Notes under the pieces: generated by a model
What the model was told of the DNA's origin: nothing
Seen by the model: only the letters and a program-made list of their open reading frames with translations
The model's database searches: none
Source of the DNA: Ascidiaceihabitans sp.
GTDB lineage: Bacteria > Pseudomonadota > Alphaproteobacteria > Rhodobacterales > Rhodobacteraceae
Assembly (NCBI GenBank): GCA_047626725.1
Contig: JBLHSG010000004.1
Location: 78,328-142,327 of the forward strand
Reading direction: 5' to 3'
Length of the DNA: 64,000 nt
In this document: piece after piece, positions 61,041 to 64,000 of the stretch
How the letters are laid out: the number at the start of each line of letters is the position of its first letter
How positions within the stretch are numbered: the stretch's first letter is position 1
Program-made: the position numbers and the translations under genes

Positions 61041-61700
61041 ATGAACAACCCCATGATCCAGCTTTTGGTTTTGGCCGGTATCGCAGTGTTCCTGATCTTG
61101 CGCCTGAAAAGCGTATTGGGCACCCGCGAAGGTTTTGAACAACCCGAAGCACCAAGCCAACCTGTCGAACGCCGCGGTCGACCCGATCTAGAGGTCATCG
61201 AAGGTGGCCCAGATCTGGATATTCTGGATCACGTCGATGCAGACAGCGATGCCGCCGATGCCTTGGCCGGTATGAAACGTCTTGAGCCATCATTTGGTGT
61301 TGGTGATTTTATAGGCGGTGCACGAGGTGCCTATGAAATGATCGTAATGGGCTTCGAAAACGGAGATCTGGCCGAAATTCAACCCTTCCTGTCCGAAGAA
61401 ATCTACGAAAGCTTTGTTGACGGCGTTGCCGCACGCGAAGATCAGGGACTGACCATCGAGGCGAAATTCTTTGGTGTGCGTGAGTTGAAACTGGCGAACG
61501 CGACGCTGGATAAAACCACAAACGAAGCTGAAATTACGATCCGGTTCGTTGCAGAACTGACGTCTGCCGTGCGCGATAAAGGTGGCGATATTATCGAAGG
61601 GTCGCTGACCGATATCAAGAAACAAAAAGACACATGGTCCTTCGCACGGATCATGGGTTCGGATGATCCAAATTGGCTGCTTGTTTCTACAGACGCCTAA
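61041..61700 (+). CDS. Tim44/TimA-like protein
   Basis: N-terminal helix IAVFLILRL.SVLG.R.G.E; F..GARGAYEMI, DTWSFAR, DPNWLLV.T. Confidence 0.9.
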   Translation: MNNPMIQLLVLAGIAVFLILRLKSVLGTREGFEQPEAPSQPVERRGRPDLEVIEGGPDLDILDHVDADSDAADALAGMKRLEPSFGVGDFIGGARGAYEMIVMGFENGDLAEIQPFLSEEIYESFVDGVAAREDQGLTIEAKFFGVRELKLANATLDKTTNEAEITIRFVAELTSAVRDKGGDIIEGSLTDIKKQKDTWSFARIMGSDDPNWLLVSTDA

Positions 61701-62734
61701 AAGGCGCGGTTATTTGGGCGTTCGCTGCGGGGTTTTTGACAATGACAGACCCCGCGCACGCCGATGTAACCTACAAGGTTTTGTCCTTTGACCAGCTAGA
61801 TGGCTGGGCTCAGGACGACCACGCCGCAGCGCTTGCGGTATTTCAAGACACGTGCCGCGACATGAAGGACCCCGATTGGGGCAGCCTGTGCGCCTACGCG
61901 ACCCAAGCCAAAGATGCGCGCGCGTTCTTTGAATTGTTGTTTCGCCCGGTCTTGATCGAAGACGGTCAAAACGCGTTGTTCACCGGATATTTCGAACCGG
62001 AATTGGATGGATCTAGGGTCCGGACAAGCCGCTATCGTTTTCCTGTTTACGCGATGCCACCAGAAGCCCGCAAAATCCGACCATGGTTGACGCGCCGCGA
62101 CATTCTGAGCGGTGGCGCCATGGCCGGGCGCGGTCTTGAGATCGCGTGGGTCGACGATTCAGTTGAACTGTTCTTTTTGCAGATCCAAGGATCAGGTCGT
62201 ATTCGCCTGCCAGATGGCCAGTTTCTGCGGGTCGGATATTCGGGGTCTAACGGGCATAACTATCGATCAATCGGTGCGGAATTGGTCCGCCGAAATGTGT
62301 ACAGTCCGCATCAAGTCAGCGCGCAAGTGATCAAAAACTGGGTGCGTCGCAATCCGGCTGATGGACGCGAACTTCTGTTTCACAATCCATCTTACGTGTT
62401 CTTTCGCAGTGTCGATCAGGTGCCTGCGCACAAAGGGCCGTTGGGTGCCATGAACCGTTCGATTACGACGATGCGCAGCGTCGCTGTTGACCCGTCTTAT
62501 GTGCGGCTTGGATCGCCAGTTTGGATCGAAAAAGACGGGAAAAAACCGCTTCGCCGCCTGATGATCGCTCAAGATACCGGATCGGCCATCAAAGGTGCGC
62601 AGCGTGCTGACGTGTTTTTTGGAACCGGTGACAAGGCAGGCCGCGCCGCAGGTCGTCTTCGTGATCCGGGTCGGATGATGGTTTTGATGCCGATCCAACG
62701 TGCTTACGCCCTGTTACCCGAAGGTGCGTTGTGA
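61673..62734 (+). CDS. mltA: Lytic murein transglycosylase A
   Basis: FTGYFEP, FFLQIQGSG, NPSYVFF, VAVD, AQDTGSAIKG..RAD.F.G.G; start codon uncertain. Confidence 0.93.
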   Translation: MAACFYRRLKGAVIWAFAAGFLTMTDPAHADVTYKVLSFDQLDGWAQDDHAAALAVFQDTCRDMKDPDWGSLCAYATQAKDARAFFELLFRPVLIEDGQNALFTGYFEPELDGSRVRTSRYRFPVYAMPPEARKIRPWLTRRDILSGGAMAGRGLEIAWVDDSVELFFLQIQGSGRIRLPDGQFLRVGYSGSNGHNYRSIGAELVRRNVYSPHQVSAQVIKNWVRRNPADGRELLFHNPSYVFFRSVDQVPAHKGPLGAMNRSITTMRSVAVDPSYVRLGSPVWIEKDGKKPLRRLMIAQDTGSAIKGAQRADVFFGTGDKAGRAAGRLRDPGRMMVLMPIQRAYALLPEGAL

Positions 62735-63318
62735 GCCGCAAGTTACGACCAGAAGAAATCGAATTATGGAAACAAGTTGCCGCGAAAACTGAGCGGCTTG
62801 AAATGGGCACCCGTCCCGCGTCTTTGGATGTTGAACCTCAATTTGTGCCCGCCCCAAAACGGCGCAAATTAATCGACACGCTGATGAAAAAGCCGACGGG
62901 CAAGCCTTCAAAACCCAGCGCCCGTGCGACCCTAATTCCCGCAATCGCAGATCAGGTTCGCGCCGCACCCGTTCAGATGGACCGCAAATCTTTTGATCAA
63001 ATGAAACGGGGCAAACTGAAACCCGAAGGCCGCATTGATCTGCACGGCATGACATTGGATCGTGCGCACCCTGCCCTGACGCGGTTTATTTTATCTGCTC
63101 AAGGCAATGGAAAACGACTGGTTTTGGTAATCACGGGCAAAGGGAAATTGCGCGATGATGACGGCCCCATTCCAGTGCGATTTGGCGTGCTGCGTCATCA
63201 GGTGCCACAATGGATGTCGATGCCGCCGCTGTCTTCGGCGATTTTGCAGGTAACACAAGCGCATCTGAAACACGGTGGTGGCGGGGCGTATTACGTGTAT
63301 CTGCGCAAGCCGCGTTAA
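62731..63318 (+). CDS. Smr/MutS2 domain protein
   Basis: RIDLHGMT, VITGKG, HGGGGAYYVYL. Confidence 0.93.
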   Translation: MSRKLRPEEIELWKQVAAKTERLEMGTRPASLDVEPQFVPAPKRRKLIDTLMKKPTGKPSKPSARATLIPAIADQVRAAPVQMDRKSFDQMKRGKLKPEGRIDLHGMTLDRAHPALTRFILSAQGNGKRLVLVITGKGKLRDDDGPIPVRFGVLRHQVPQWMSMPPLSSAILQVTQAHLKHGGGGAYYVYLRKPR

Positions 63319-64000
63319 AGGTCATCTGTGTATTTACGCACACCGATCCAGATCAAAACTGATGTCAGAATAAAGAACGCAGCGATGCCGATAAACTGTG
63401 ATTCCAGCCCCACCCCTTGATCAATAAGCAGCCCTGTTAATCCCGGACCAATCGCAGATCCCAGAACCATAAACGCCGCGGCCAATGCCTTGATCGAACC
63501 GATGTATCTGGTGCCATAAAATTCCGCCCAGAACGCGGCAGGCAACGTCGAATTTGCACCCGCAGTCAGGCCCAACATGACGAACCCAATCACCGTCAAT
63601 GCGATGGATTGCGAAAACGCGAAACACAAAAATGCAGCAACCATTGGCAGCTGGAAAAACGGGATCAGACGCGGTGTGCCAACCTTGTCCAGCGCCCAGC
63701 CAGACGCGATCATCGCGGCAATGGAAACGGTCGTATAGATAGGAAACATCGATACCAAAGTCAGATGATCCCAGCCTTTAAGTTCGGCAAAATACACCTG
63801 ATGGAAAAAGAATGCGGTGTTGAATGCAGATGGCCCCAAAATGGCAGGAACCATGAACCAAAATAGCGGATGACGCAGCGCCTCCATTCGTCCCCAATGA
63901 TGTTTGTTCATTCCAAGGGATGTGTTTTCCTGCGCCATGGACTGCGGTGTGCGCTCGCGTTTTAACAGCGCGATCAGGATGGGAATACCGGCAAAGGAAA
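63315..64000 (-). CDS. MFS transporter (5' end outside window)
   Basis: Frame open to the window edge (...ILIALLKRERTPQSM...); multiple TM helices, GWALDKVG, EFYGTRYIGSIK. Confidence 0.88.
   Translation of the reverse strand, partial: SFAGIPILIALLKRERTPQSMAQENTSLGMNKHHWGRMEALRHPLFWFMVPAILGPSAFNTAFFFHQVYFAELKGWDHLTLVSMFPIYTTVSIAAMIASGWALDKVGTPRLIPFFQLPMVAAFLCFAFSQSIALTVIGFVMLGLTAGANSTLPAAFWAEFYGTRYIGSIKALAAAFMVLGSAIGPGLTGLLIDQGVGLESQFIGIAAFFILTSVLIWIGVRKYTDDL

Noticed and set aside
10223-63076. KOPS (GGGNAGGG) polarity switch at the origin
   Set aside because: Only three copies noticed by eye (10223, 24030, 63069), one against the expected polarity; too few to conclude anything
1-64000. CRISPR arrays, IS elements, prophage, tRNA/rRNA genes, defence systems
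   Set aside because: No spaced repeats, transposase, integrase or phage motifs, or cloverleaf-like sequences were seen; the intergenic gaps are short. tRNAscan and Infernal were not run

Overview
A core-genome window from a marine Rhodobacteraceae/Roseobacter-type alphaproteobacterium (inferred from gene content and synteny). It appears to contain the chromosomal replication origin. About 65 protein genes are present, almost all housekeeping: dnaJ-radC, secA, argJ-mutT, rimP-nusA-ylxR-infB, ubiG, comF-grxC-nitrilase, hemH, L,D-transpeptidases, tandem ABC exporters, hslO-nudL-cca, ilvA, argG, msrA, maeB, mutS, hrcA-grpE, rph-rdgB-hemW, mnmE-mnmG-rsmG-parA-parB, rho, hemJ, maf-aroE-coaE-dnaQ, secB, fxsA, Tim44-mltA-smr. 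The hemJ-maf gap (56818-57218) looks like oriC, with DnaA boxes, AT-rich tracts and an exact IHF consensus. Three perfect parS palindromes lie 3-5 kb away, inside rsmG and mnmG and over the mnmG start. I saw no mobile elements, CRISPR arrays, rRNA or tRNA genes by eye. I cannot support a wholly new multi-gene system here. The best leads are non-coding or small: a terminator/antiterminator leader before rimP-nusA-infB, a 40-codon ORF missed by the ORF track, an NDUFAF5-like protein, an orphan Hpt plus receiver-PP2C pair, an uncharacterised PstS-like/OmpA envelope pair, parS sites that also encode 'VSRET' peptides, and CtrA-like boxes upstream of radC and comF. All motif calls were made by eye and family assignments come from recalled motifs, not database searches.
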